Below, piece by piece: positions 1-8,463 of a stretch of 32,000 nt of DNA. Under the pieces are notes generated by a model. It saw nothing but the letters and a program-made list of their open reading frames with translations, was not told the DNA's origin and made no database searches. The position numbers and the translations under genes were made by a program. Numbering within the stretch: the first letter of the stretch is position 1; every line of letters begins with the position of its first letter. Origin of the DNA: an uncultured Chloroflexia bacterium (GTDB lineage Bacteria; Chloroflexota; Ktedonobacteria; Ktedonobacterales; JADMIN01); contig CAVRAI010000013.1 of NCBI GenBank assembly GCA_963718915.1, positions 300,001 to 332,000 of the forward strand, given 5' to 3'.

Positions 1-567
1 CCACGGCCAGTCGGCGGCCTGCGTGATGCCGATACGCGGCGTCGCCACGACAGGCGCATCTGGCGGGAAACCAGGCGTTTCCGTAAGCCAGAGCGCGTCC
101 TCCTGCAAATCCAGCCCATTGTCCGCGATGGTAAGCGCCAACGCGGCGCATAGTCGGCCTGGCCCGCGCGCCAGATCGCGTTCGGCCATCCGCTCCCCCC
201 GACGGGCACGCATCAGCGGCAGCCCCACCGTCGGCTCCAGCGCGCGAAGCAACACTGCGGCGGCCACATCGTCTTCTTCGGTCACCACGTTGAGGCAGAA
301 GTGCATGCCATAGGTGAAATAGACATAGGCATGTCCTGGCGGCCCAAACATCACGGCATTGCGTGGCGTCTTACCCCGGTAGCCGTGCGCCGCTGGATCG
401 ATTGCGGCGACATACGCCTCCGTCTCGACAATGATTCCAGCAGTCACGCCATCTCGCGTCTGACGGTAGAGCGTCTTGCCGATGAGATCGCGGGCAACAT
501 CCAGTGTTTGGCGCGCATAGAAAGCGCGGGGCAATTTGAGATGGTTGTCAGCCGAGATGTCTGTCAC
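1..567 (-). CDS. mpg: DNA-3-methyladenine glycosylase (Mpg/AAG family); the 3' end runs off the left window edge
   Basis: Not in the ORF track because there is no stop codon in the window. Reverse-strand translation from GTG at 567 reads VTDISADNHLKLPRAFYARQTLDVARDLIGKTLYRQT..GIIVETEAY..HGYRGKTPRNAVMFGPPGHAYVYFTYGMHFCLNVV..LLRALEP..ARGPGRLCAALALT..ATPRIGITQAADWPW. These are the conserved blocks of the Mpg/AAG family. The frame is continuous to position 1. The start codon is uncertain. Confidence 0.8.
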   Translation of the reverse strand, partial: MTDISADNHLKLPRAFYARQTLDVARDLIGKTLYRQTRDGVTAGIIVETEAYVAAIDPAAHGYRGKTPRNAVMFGPPGHAYVYFTYGMHFCLNVVTEEDDVAAAVLLRALEPTVGLPLMRARRGERMAERDLARGPGRLCAALALTIADNGLDLQEDALWLTETPGFPPDAPVVATPRIGITQAADWPW

Positions 568-878
568 TGGGCGTACCTTGATGGATGCATGGATGGATTG
601 CGGTCACGGCCAGGCTGCCGTGCACTGCACATCGTACGGAAACCGGCTGTCCGGTGCAAGGGTTACAGACAACCTGGATATTCCTATGGATGGTGCGCCA
701 ACGATCTCCGCGACCTTTGGCGATATCACGCGTTAGTACGCAAGCAACTCATTACGCTCGAATCCACCTCAGTCGCATAGCGCTTTCATCCTCATAATCC
801 ATCATAATGATGTACACTATCCGGCAGGGTGTGCGCCGGAGACACACCTAATCAGAGCAATCGCACCGAGGAGATTCT

Positions 879-2675
879 ATGCAGACGCGACCCAAACGCA
901 GCGATGTAAAGACCGAAGATACCTGGGAACTGGAAACGATCTATCCCGCCAATGACGTATGGGAGGCCGATTTCCAGCGAGTAAGCGCCATGCAGCCCAG
1001 GCTGGGCGAACATCAGGGCCACATGGGCGACTCCGCGCAAAGCCTGTTCGAAGCGCTCAAACGGCGCGACGAGGCGGGCGAAATTCTGGGGCACCTCTTC
1101 GTCTACGCATACATGCGCCTGCATCAGGACAGCACCGATAACACCTATCAGGCGATGGCCGACCGCGTGACCACTCTGGCGAATGATATCAACACCGCGA
1201 CCGCCTACCAGACACCAGAGATTCTGGCGATCACGCAGAGTCGCCTCGACGCCTTCTTGCAGGAGGAACCAGGGTTACAGGTGTATCGTCAGGCGTTGGA
1301 CGAGATCACCCGCGAGCGACCGCACATACTCTCGGCTGAGATGGAAGCGCTGCTGGCGCAGGCGGCTGAGGTGGGCAACGCGCCGGAGCGTATCTACGAG
1401 ATGTTCAGCACGGCTGACCTGAAACTGCCGTCGGTGCGCGACGCCGAGGGGAACGAGGTGCAACTGACGCAGGGCAACTTCGTCTCACACTTCCTCGAAG
1501 GTCGCGATCGCGATGTACGCAGCAGCGCCTTCGAGGCGATGTTTGGCGCGTATCAGTCCTACCGCAACACGATGGCGGCGCTGCTGAGCGCGCAGGTCAA
1601 GCGCAACATCTTCTTCGCCCGCGCGCGCAAATACGAAAGCTCGCTCCATGCCGCGCTGGATCCGTCGAATATTCCGGTGAGCGTCTATGACAATCTGATT
1701 GCCACCGTCAACAACAACCTTCCAGTGCTTCACCGCTATCTGCGTCTGCGCAAGAAGCTACTTGGGCTGGACGACCTGCACATGTATGATCTGTATGTGC
1801 CGATGGTGCCGGAGGTCGAGTATAAGGTCAGTTACAGTGAGGCGCAGCAGCAGGTGGCACAGGCGCTCGCGCCGCTTGGCGAGGCGTATGTGGCGGCCGT
1901 GCGGCAGGGGATGTCGTCGCGCTGGATCGATGTCTATGAGAACGAGGGCAAGCGCTCAGGCGCATATAGCTGGGGTAGCTATGGCACGAATCCCTTCATG
2001 CTGCTGAACTACCAGAATACGATGGACAGCATGTTTACCCTGGCGCACGAGATGGGCCACTCGATGCACTCGTTTTTCACCTGGCAGACGCAACCATATC
2101 CTTACAGCAGCTATACACTCTTCGTGGCGGAGGTCGCCTCGACGCTCAATGAGGCGCTGCTGACCCACTCGCTCCTTCAGAAGACAACCGACCGGGCGTT
2201 GCGGATGTACATCATCAACCATGCGCTCGAGACATTCCGCACAACGCTCTATCGCCAGACGCTCTTCGCCGAGTTCGAGCGCGACATGCATGCGAAGGCT
2301 GAGGCAGGTGAGGCGCTAACACCCGAAACACTTGGTGGCATCTTCAAACAGATCAACGATACTTATTACGGGCCAGTGGTGAATGTGGATGAGCTGATCG
2401 CGAACGAATGGGCGCGCATCCCTCACTTCTATTCGAGCTTCTACGTGTATCAGTACGCGACGGGCATCTCAGCGTCGTCGGCGCTGGCGCACCAGATTCT
2501 GACGGAAGGCCAGCCTGCTGTTGATCGCTACCTGCGCTTCCTGCGCTCAGGCTCGTCGGACTACAGCATCAACCTGCTGCGCGACGCCGGGGTAGATCTC
2601 TCATCGCCCACACCCATCCAGGAGGCGCTTGATACCTTCGGGCGCTACCTGGATGATCTGGAAGCGTTGCTGTAG
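879..2675 (+). CDS. pepF: Oligoendopeptidase F (M3B metallopeptidase)
   Basis: 598-aa ORF with the HEMGH zinc motif (TLAHEMGHSMH) and PepF-like length and architecture. It has a GAGGAG Shine-Dalgarno just upstream of the ATG. Confidence 0.9.
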   Translation: MQTRPKRSDVKTEDTWELETIYPANDVWEADFQRVSAMQPRLGEHQGHMGDSAQSLFEALKRRDEAGEILGHLFVYAYMRLHQDSTDNTYQAMADRVTTLANDINTATAYQTPEILAITQSRLDAFLQEEPGLQVYRQALDEITRERPHILSAEMEALLAQAAEVGNAPERIYEMFSTADLKLPSVRDAEGNEVQLTQGNFVSHFLEGRDRDVRSSAFEAMFGAYQSYRNTMAALLSAQVKRNIFFARARKYESSLHAALDPSNIPVSVYDNLIATVNNNLPVLHRYLRLRKKLLGLDDLHMYDLYVPMVPEVEYKVSYSEAQQQVAQALAPLGEAYVAAVRQGMSSRWIDVYENEGKRSGAYSWGSYGTNPFMLLNYQNTMDSMFTLAHEMGHSMHSFFTWQTQPYPYSSYTLFVAEVASTLNEALLTHSLLQKTTDRALRMYIINHALETFRTTLYRQTLFAEFERDMHAKAEAGEALTPETLGGIFKQINDTYYGPVVNVDELIANEWARIPHFYSSFYVYQYATGISASSALAHQILTEGQPAVDRYLRFLRSGSSDYSINLLRDAGVDLSSPTPIQEALDTFGRYLDDLEALL

Positions 2676-2935
2676 AGCGAAACCGCATGGCGAGGACTCA
2701 GTAGAGATAAGCTCGCCGTGGCCTGATGTGGTTTTACAATTTACGACGGACACGGGCATTGCGGTGGGGTGAGCAGGCTGGAGCGTTCACGTTCCGGCGA
2801 ATGGGCCTGGGAGGCGAGAAATTCGCCGTAGCATTGATTGCATGTATGCTACGGTCCGCCTCGCCTACCACAACGTAGGGCGTTTGGAAGAAAAAGTAAA
2901 AGCACATCAGACCACAGCTAATTCTGGGGCACGAC

Positions 2936-2963
2936 GTACAGCGTTGAATATTCAACGCTGTAC
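2936..2963. repeat. 28-bp perfect palindrome GTACAGCGTTGAAT|ATTCAACGCTGTAC between convergent pepF and rplY (possible bidirectional terminator or operator)
   Basis: Read directly: the reverse complement of 2936-2949 equals 2950-2963. The symmetry breaks at 2935/2964. There is no flanking T-run. Confidence 0.9.
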
Positions 2964-3026
2964 TGACTGAACTGGATTAGCCGCGCATGAATGACGCGAA
3001 GCTGCCTCACCCCAAACGCGCCAGGG

Positions 3027-3701
3027 CTATTCTTCGCTAGACTTGGCAGGCTGCCCGGCCGCTTCGCCTACGGCAGCAGGAGCCGCAGCGGCAGGCGCTT
3101 CCCCGACAGCCGCTGGCGATTCCTCGGCGGCAACGACGCGCGGCGCCTGGATGCTGACGACAATCTCGTCTTCAGGTGTCACCAGTGTCACGTTACTTGG
3201 CATTTTGAGGGCGCTGGCATGACGCGACGTGCTGAGTTCCTCCATGTCGCTGATATCCAGCTCCAGCGCATCGGGCAGTTCCGCAGGCAGCGCCTCGACC
3301 TCCACCATGTCCAGCGATTGGATCAAAATGCCATCATGGAGTTTCACCGCTGGCGCTTCTCCGACAAGACGCACGGGTACCTTTGCGCGCATCAGTTCGG
3401 TCATCTGGACATGGAAGAAGTCAACGTGCTGCATGACGTTGGTGGCGGGCTGACGGGTGATGTGCCGCACCATCACGACTTCCTCTTTGCCATCTGGAGC
3501 AATCACCAGCCGATAGAGAGTGGCAGCGCCATGCGTCTTGAGCGCCCGATCCATCTCATGGGTGTTTATCTGGACGGCAATGGACTCCTGGTCACGACCG
3601 TAGATATTGGCAGGAAGTAAACCCTGATGGCGGAGATGTCGAACCTGCTTGCCGAGAACGGTACGACGCTCCACATGAAGTGTCACCTGTTTTGATGGCA
3701 T
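3027..3701 (-). CDS. rplY: 50S ribosomal protein L25 / general stress protein Ctc (long form)
   Basis: MPSKQVTLHVERRTVLGKQVRHLRHQGLLPANIYG.. is a typical L25/Ctc N-terminus, and the C-terminal tail is Ala/Glu-rich. I prefer the ATG at 3701 (AAGGAG 9 nt upstream) over the ORF-track start at 3737. Confidence 0.9.
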   Translation of the reverse strand: MPSKQVTLHVERRTVLGKQVRHLRHQGLLPANIYGRDQESIAVQINTHEMDRALKTHGAATLYRLVIAPDGKEEVVMVRHITRQPATNVMQHVDFFHVQMTELMRAKVPVRLVGEAPAVKLHDGILIQSLDMVEVEALPAELPDALELDISDMEELSTSRHASALKMPSNVTLVTPEDEIVVSIQAPRVVAAEESPAAVGEAPAAAAPAAVGEAAGQPAKSSEE

Positions 3702-3841
3702 TTGTTCATGCTCCTTTCGAGCAGTGTGTATCCGCAAGAACTCGCGCTATTATCTAGCATGCTATATGCCAGTAGGCGAGCGACAGCATTACGTTCTGTC
3801 ATACAACTACACTTAATTTGGTCTATGAAAGGTTGTAGCAC

Positions 3842-4924
3842 ATGCATGAGCCTCTTCGCCCGGACATAGCAGCGATCATTGCGGCAATCAGTCCGCTTGG
3901 TACTACCGCGATGGCGGCGGCGCGCGCGCGCCAGGAGCAGCTTACCAAGCCCGCGGGCAGCCTGGGACGCCTCGAAGCGCTGGCGATCCAGATCGCGGGC
4001 ATCACCGGCCAGGAGCAACCGGTATTGGCAAACAAGGCGATAGTGGTGATGGCGGGCGACCATGGCGTTACCGCCGAAGGGGTCAGCGCGTATCCCGCCG
4101 AGGTAACGCCACAGATGGTGTTGAACTTCCTGCGTGGCGGCGCGGCCATCAATGCGCTGGCGGGTGTCGTCGCCGCGCGTGTCGTCGTCGTGGATATCGG
4201 CGTGGCCAGCCCACTGGAGCATCCTGGCCTGCTTCCTCGCAAGGTGGCTCCTGGCACAGCCAATATGGCGCAAGGGCCAGCGATGACTCGCGACCAGGCG
4301 GAAACGGCTATCGCCGTCGGCATCGCGGTCGTAGACTCGCTGGCGCAAGATGGTGTGCAGATGGTGGCAACGGGCGAGATGGGCATTGGCAACACGACAG
4401 CAGCCAGCGCGATTACCGCCGTGATGACTGGCTCATCGCCCACTGAGGTGACCGGACACGGCACAGGCATAGACGACGCGCAACTGGCCCATAAGATCGC
4501 GGTGATCGAGCGCGCGCTGGCCGTCAACGCACCGCATCACGACGATGGGCTGGATGTGCTGGCAAAGGTCGGCGGGCTGGAGATTGCCGGGCTGGTCGGC
4601 GTCATCCTGGGTGGCGCGGCGCATCGCATGCCGATTGTGCTGGATGGCTTCATCGCAGGATCGGCGGCGCTGGTCGCGGAGAAGCTCTGCCCGCAGGCAC
4701 GTGATTATCTCGTCGCGGGGCATATCTCAGTCGAGCGCGGCCACCGGGTGCTGCTCGACGCGCTGGGGCTTGCTCCGTTGCTGAATCTCGATCTACGACT
4801 CGGCGAGGGCACCGGCGCGGCCCTCGCCATGGGCATCATCGACGGCGCGCTGGCGGCCCATCGCCAGATGGCGACATTCGCCGAGGCAGGCGTCAGCGAA
4901 CGGGAAAATGACGAGGAGGAATAA
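3842..4924 (+). CDS. cobT: Nicotinate-nucleotide--dimethylbenzimidazole phosphoribosyltransferase
   Basis: 360 aa with the family blocks LTKPAGSLGRLE, VVMAGDHGV and GEMGIGNTTAASA. Confidence 0.9.
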   Translation: MHEPLRPDIAAIIAAISPLGTTAMAAARARQEQLTKPAGSLGRLEALAIQIAGITGQEQPVLANKAIVVMAGDHGVTAEGVSAYPAEVTPQMVLNFLRGGAAINALAGVVAARVVVVDIGVASPLEHPGLLPRKVAPGTANMAQGPAMTRDQAETAIAVGIAVVDSLAQDGVQMVATGEMGIGNTTAASAITAVMTGSSPTEVTGHGTGIDDAQLAHKIAVIERALAVNAPHHDDGLDVLAKVGGLEIAGLVGVILGGAAHRMPIVLDGFIAGSAALVAEKLCPQARDYLVAGHISVERGHRVLLDALGLAPLLNLDLRLGEGTGAALAMGIIDGALAAHRQMATFAEAGVSERENDEEE

Positions 4925-4971
4925 TTAGACATTCGATTGGCAGGTACATCCGCGCCTGAGCGGAACGTATT

Positions 4972-5859
4972 TCAAAACCCACCTTCTAGGGCAAACGGAT
5001 ACCATATTATCCGCCTACAACTCGCGTCGCCAACAGCGCCAGTGGCGGCGCCAGCACAAGCACTACCAACTCCACCAGCACGCAGGCAGCGCCGTAGGTG
5101 TCGCCGGTCAGGCCGCCGCCGAGGCGACGACTGGCCCATGCCAGCCAGCCGAGCAGCACGAGCAGACGTCGCCACGAGCAGCAGCACTGTCAGCATGATT
5201 GTTGCGCCTATCTCAGATCCTCGGCTGCCGATAATGAGCGCACTGATGGCAAGCAAAAGGAGCATCATAATGCTTGCCTGGATGAGTTGACTGTTACCGC
5301 GATTGTGAAAGGGCGCGCCCGCGCCTGACGTCCGCGCGTAGGGGTAGCGCGTGACGGCGTAGACCATCCCCCAACGGCCGAGGATGGGCGCAATCAGCAG
5401 CGCCAGCACACGGACTGGGCCACTCACGAGCGCGGTGAGGGTCGCAAACTTCGCCAGCAGAAACAACGTGCCACCGAGCGCGCCATATGCGCCGACACGG
5501 CTATCGCGCAGAATCTCCAGCCGCCGCTCAACCGAACGATTGCCCAGTAGCGCGTCGCAGCAGTCCACGAAGCCGTCGAGGTGCAGCATCCCCGTCGCCA
5601 GCGCGTCGAAGGCCAGCAGCGCCACCGCACGGATGCCCAGTGGGAAGATGAAAGAGAGCGCCCAGTCCAGCCCTACGAGCGCCAGCCCCAGCAACACGCC
5701 GACCAGCGGAAACCAGGGCAGCGCCCGCGCCATATCTGGTGGCTCGGCGGATGCCGTCTCATCCGCACGCGCGCGGCGCACCGGCAGCACCGTCAGAAAC
5801 TCGACGGCCAGCGCCAACCTCGCGAGCGGAGATACGTGCTTCTTTCCAGGCGGCGTCAT
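4972..5859 (-). CDS. cobS: Adenosylcobinamide-GDP ribazoletransferase (cobalamin synthase), with an apparent 1-nt frameshift near the C-terminus
   Basis: The N-terminal 230 aa are CobS-like (FLTVLPV.., GFVDCCDAL..). The annotated frame then turns Arg-rich. The canonical C-terminal motif RRLGGGLTGDTYGAA plus a final hydrophobic helix lies in the adjacent frame, which ends at a TAA at 5007-5009. The start ATG at 5859 is 6 nt after the gatA stop. Confidence 0.8.
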   Translation of the reverse strand: MTPPGKKHVSPLARLALAVEFLTVLPVRRARADETASAEPPDMARALPWFPLVGVLLGLALVGLDWALSFIFPLGIRAVALLAFDALATGMLHLDGFVDCCDALLGNRSVERRLEILRDSRVGAYGALGGTLFLLAKFATLTALVSGPVRVLALLIAPILGRWGMVYAVTRYPYARTSGAGAPFHNRGNSQLIQASIMMLLLLAISALIIGSRGSEIGATIMLTVLLLVATSARAARLAGMGQSSPRRRPDRRHLRRCLRAGGVGSACAGAATGAVGDASCRRIIWYPFALEGGF

Positions 5860-5865
5860 ACTTCG

Positions 5866-7383
5866 CTACTTGCGCGATTTGGCGGCGCGCTTTTGCGGAG
5901 GAAGCTCCGGCCAGCGTGTGTGGAAGTCGGTGACACGCTGGAAGGCGTCCGCCGCGCGCAGGAGGATCTCCTCACCGAACGATGGGCCGATCAATTGCAC
6001 GCCGACGGGCAGCCCCTCGCTAAACCCGCCGGGAATCGAGATGCCACAGTTGCCCGCGAGGTTCACCGGGATCGTGAAGACGTCGTTGAGGTACATCGCG
6101 TAAGGGTCGGACATCTTCTCATTGAGCTTGAACGCGACCGTGGGCGATGTCGGCCCGATGAGCAGGTCATACTGCTCGAACGCCTCATCAAAGTCGTGCT
6201 TGATGAGCGTCCGCACCTTCTCTGCCTTGAGGTAGTAGGCGTCGTAGTAGCCCGCCGAAAGCGCATAGGTACCAAGCATGATGCGCCGCTTGACCTCCGC
6301 GCCGAACCCCTTCGCGCGCGTGATTGCCGTCGTCTCCACAAGATCCTGCGCGCCATCACGCACCGAGAGACCATACTTGACGCCATCGTAGCGGGCAAGG
6401 TTAGCGCTACACTCGGCCGGCGCGATGATGTAATACGCCGCGACCCCGTAGCGCGTATGTGGCAGCGAGACCTCACCAATCTCCGCGCCCAGCGAGACAA
6501 ATGTCTGAATCGCCTCCTCGACCGCCTTCTTCACACCCGGCTCTACGCCCTCGACAAAATACTCTTTCGGCACGCCAATGCGCATTCCCTTCAGGTCGCC
6601 GGTCAGCGCCGCGAGATAGTCGGGCGTTGAGCGGTTCACCGAGGTCGAATCGAGTGGATCGTAGCCGGCGATGACATTCATCAGATGGGCAGCGTCTCGC
6701 GCCGAACGGGCAAATGGCCCGATTTGATCGAGCGACGAGGCAAACGCGATCAAGCCATAGCGCGAGACGCGGCCATAGGTGGGCTTGAGCGCGACCGTGT
6801 TAGTGAGCGCGCCGGGTTGCCGCACCGATCCGCCAGTATCGGAGCCGAGCGCCCCCATCGCCTCGCCAACCGCCACCGAAGCCGCCGAGCCGCCACTGCT
6901 GCCACCGGGCACGCGGTCGAGATCCCATGGGTTGCGTGTCGGGAAGAAGGCAGAGTTCTCGGTCGATGATCCCATCGCGAACTCGTCCATATTCGTCTTG
7001 CCGACCGAGATTGCGCCCGCCGCGCGCAGTCGGCTAACCACCGTGGCGTCGTATGGCGGCACAAAGTGTTCGAGCATGCGCGACGAGCAAGTGGTGCGCA
7101 CACCTTTCGTGCAGAGCACATCTTTGAGCGCCAGCGGAATCCCAGCTAATGAGCCAAGCTGTTCGCCCCTTTGGCGCATCCGATCAACCTGCTCAGCATC
7201 GCGAAGCGCATCCTGGTCTGTCACCGTCACGAACGAGCGCACACGGCCTTCGACGGCTTCAATACGGTCGAGATGAGCGCGCGTCAGCTCAACAGCCGAG
7301 ATGGCGCCACTCGCGAGCTTTTCCAGCGCATCGCTGATTGATAATTGCCAGAGATCCGCCACGGACGTCTCCTCTATCCTCAC
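5866..7383 (-). CDS. gatA: Glutamyl/aspartyl-tRNA amidotransferase subunit A
   Basis: 505 aa with the amidase signature GGSSGGSAASVA. It lies directly downstream of gatC. Confidence 0.95.
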   Translation of the reverse strand: MRIEETSVADLWQLSISDALEKLASGAISAVELTRAHLDRIEAVEGRVRSFVTVTDQDALRDAEQVDRMRQRGEQLGSLAGIPLALKDVLCTKGVRTTCSSRMLEHFVPPYDATVVSRLRAAGAISVGKTNMDEFAMGSSTENSAFFPTRNPWDLDRVPGGSSGGSAASVAVGEAMGALGSDTGGSVRQPGALTNTVALKPTYGRVSRYGLIAFASSLDQIGPFARSARDAAHLMNVIAGYDPLDSTSVNRSTPDYLAALTGDLKGMRIGVPKEYFVEGVEPGVKKAVEEAIQTFVSLGAEIGEVSLPHTRYGVAAYYIIAPAECSANLARYDGVKYGLSVRDGAQDLVETTAITRAKGFGAEVKRRIMLGTYALSAGYYDAYYLKAEKVRTLIKHDFDEAFEQYDLLIGPTSPTVAFKLNEKMSDPYAMYLNDVFTIPVNLAGNCGISIPGGFSEGLPVGVQLIGPSFGEEILLRAADAFQRVTDFHTRWPELPPQKRAAKSRK

Positions 7384-7416
7384 ATCCAGCTATTACATCT
7401 ATGCGTATCAGGCTCG

Positions 7417-7707
7417 CTACTCTTCGAGCACCGCCCGCACGCGGAAATACTCGCCTTCGCGCGCCGGAGCATTCGCCAGCAAGTCGTCCGGCGCGCACGA
7501 TGGTCGCGACTGGTCCGCTGTCATGACATTCTCGACCGGCAGAATATGGGCGGTCGCGGGAACCTGACTGGTATCGGCCTCGGCAATCACGTTGATGTGT
7601 TCCAGAATCGCCGAAAGCTGCTCCTGGGTGCGCTCGCGTTCGTCGTCGGTCAGCGCGAGGCGCGCCAGCATTGCTACGTGGTCCACGGTCTTGCGATCAA
7701 TACTCAT
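7417..7707 (-). CDS. gatC: Glutamyl/aspartyl-tRNA amidotransferase subunit C
   Basis: 96 aa: MSIDRKTVDHVAMLARLALTDDERE..LSAILEHINVI... This is typical GatC, and it is followed 33 nt later by gatA. Confidence 0.9.
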   Translation of the reverse strand: MSIDRKTVDHVAMLARLALTDDERERTQEQLSAILEHINVIAEADTSQVPATAHILPVENVMTADQSRPSCAPDDLLANAPAREGEYFRVRAVLEE

Positions 7708-7749
7708 CTCGGTATCTCTTATCTCTCATCACTCAAGGAAAAGCATCTA

Positions 7750-8100
7750 TCAACGCTCCGACGTTGCCGCAATGCGAAACGTCGGAAACTCCTGCGTCGC
7801 TGGCCCCCAGGATGTCTGAACATCCTGAACTTCGGCGCCATCTGGGCCGCGCCGCAACGCCTCCATCAGCCGCGCCAGCAGGCTTGTCCGCCCCTCGGCG
7901 ACAACCGTCACCGAGTCGTCTGGCTCGTTGCGCGCGAACCCGGTCAGGCCAAGCGCGCGGGCATGCTGGAGTACGTAGTAGCGGTAGCCAACCCCCTGCA
8001 CGTAGCCACGCACGGTGGCAGTTAGTCGCTTCCCATCATGCTCGCCAGCCATACCAGCCATACCTGCCATACCTGCCATACCTGCCATACCTGCGCCCAC
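7750..8100 (-). CDS. acyP: Acylphosphatase with an N-terminal (GMA)n repeat; the true start may be any in-frame ATG down to 8052
   Basis: Core sequence RLTATVRGYVQGVGYRYYVLQHARALGLTGFARNEPDDSVTVVAEG carries the acylphosphatase V.G.VQGVGFR signature. The 5' end consists of a 9-bp tandem repeat. Confidence 0.85.
   Translation of the reverse strand: MGAGMAGMAGMAGMAGMAGEHDGKRLTATVRGYVQGVGYRYYVLQHARALGLTGFARNEPDDSVTVVAEGRTSLLARLMEALRRGPDGAEVQDVQTSWGPATQEFPTFRIAATSER
8048..8092. repeat. 9-bp tandem repeat, 5 copies (GCCATACCA then GCCATACCT x4), encoding (MAG)n at the acyP 5' end
   Basis: Read directly from the sequence. Each unit carries an in-frame ATG on the minus strand. Confidence 0.9.
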
Positions 8101-8239
8101 TGCCTTTCTTGCGCGCCAACGTTGTCGTGAGCATGAGGTAGCGACATGTCAAGCCAGACCCATCTGCCTCATGCATGATAGTATGCGCACCGCGCTATCC
8201 GCAAGGAGCGCACAAAGTCTACACGCTTGCGCGGCGATA

Positions 8240-8248
8240 TGGTACAAT
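8240..8248 (+). promoter_or_regulatory. Candidate extended -10 promoter element (TGGTACAAT) for tRNA-Gly
   Basis: The TGn-TACAAT motif sits about 40 nt upstream of the tRNA 5' end. The -35 region is weak (TACACG at 17-nt spacing). Confidence 0.3.
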
Positions 8249-8287
8249 GTGCATCGCAGGCCGTCTTCGTAGCAGGAGAGGGCTTTT

Positions 8288-8360
8288 GCGGGAGTAGCTC
8301 AGTTGGTAGAGTACCTGCCTTCCAAGCAGGCTGTCGCGGGTTCGAGCCCCGTCTCCCGCT
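8288..8360 (+). tRNA. tRNA-Gly (anticodon UCC)
   Basis: Manual cloverleaf fold. Acceptor stem GCGGGAG/CTCCCGC. D arm GCTC-AGTTGGTA-GAGT. Anticodon stem CCTGC/GCAGG with loop CT-TCC-AA. T arm GCGGG-TTCGAGC-CCCGT. Discriminator T. CCA is not encoded. Confidence 0.9.
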
Positions 8361-8463
8361 CCCAGATTTCGGTCAAGCAAAATCGCCTCCTGGTCATTCA
8401 CCAGATTGTCTGGCAGCATCATGGCGTCGCGCTGCTCCACCAGCGCCAACGGCAAACCCAGCC

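Noticed and set aside
3738-3841. Possible cobalamin riboswitch upstream of cobT
   Set aside because: Only about 100 nt are available. I see no B12-box-like element or the expected multi-stem architecture.
3683-4527. Long minus-strand ORFs (221 and 234 aa) overlapping cobT
   Set aside because: They are antisense to a well-supported cobT. Their Arg/Ala/Ser-rich composition is typical of shadow ORFs in GC-rich DNA, and they show no family motifs.
5384-6630. Plus-strand ORFs of 239 and 349 aa overlapping cobS and gatA
   Set aside because: They are antisense shadows of gatA and cobS, extremely Arg-rich, and have no motifs.
8015-8455. Plus-strand ORF with (PAI)n repeats, and the minus-strand ORF across the tRNA
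   Set aside because: The first is the antisense reading of the acyP 9-bp repeat. The second is the antisense reading of tRNA-Gly (..QLSYSRK.. signature).
8288-8463. tRNA-Gly as an integration site for a genomic island
   Set aside because: There is no integrase and no repeat of the tRNA 3' end downstream. The flanking genes look like core genes.
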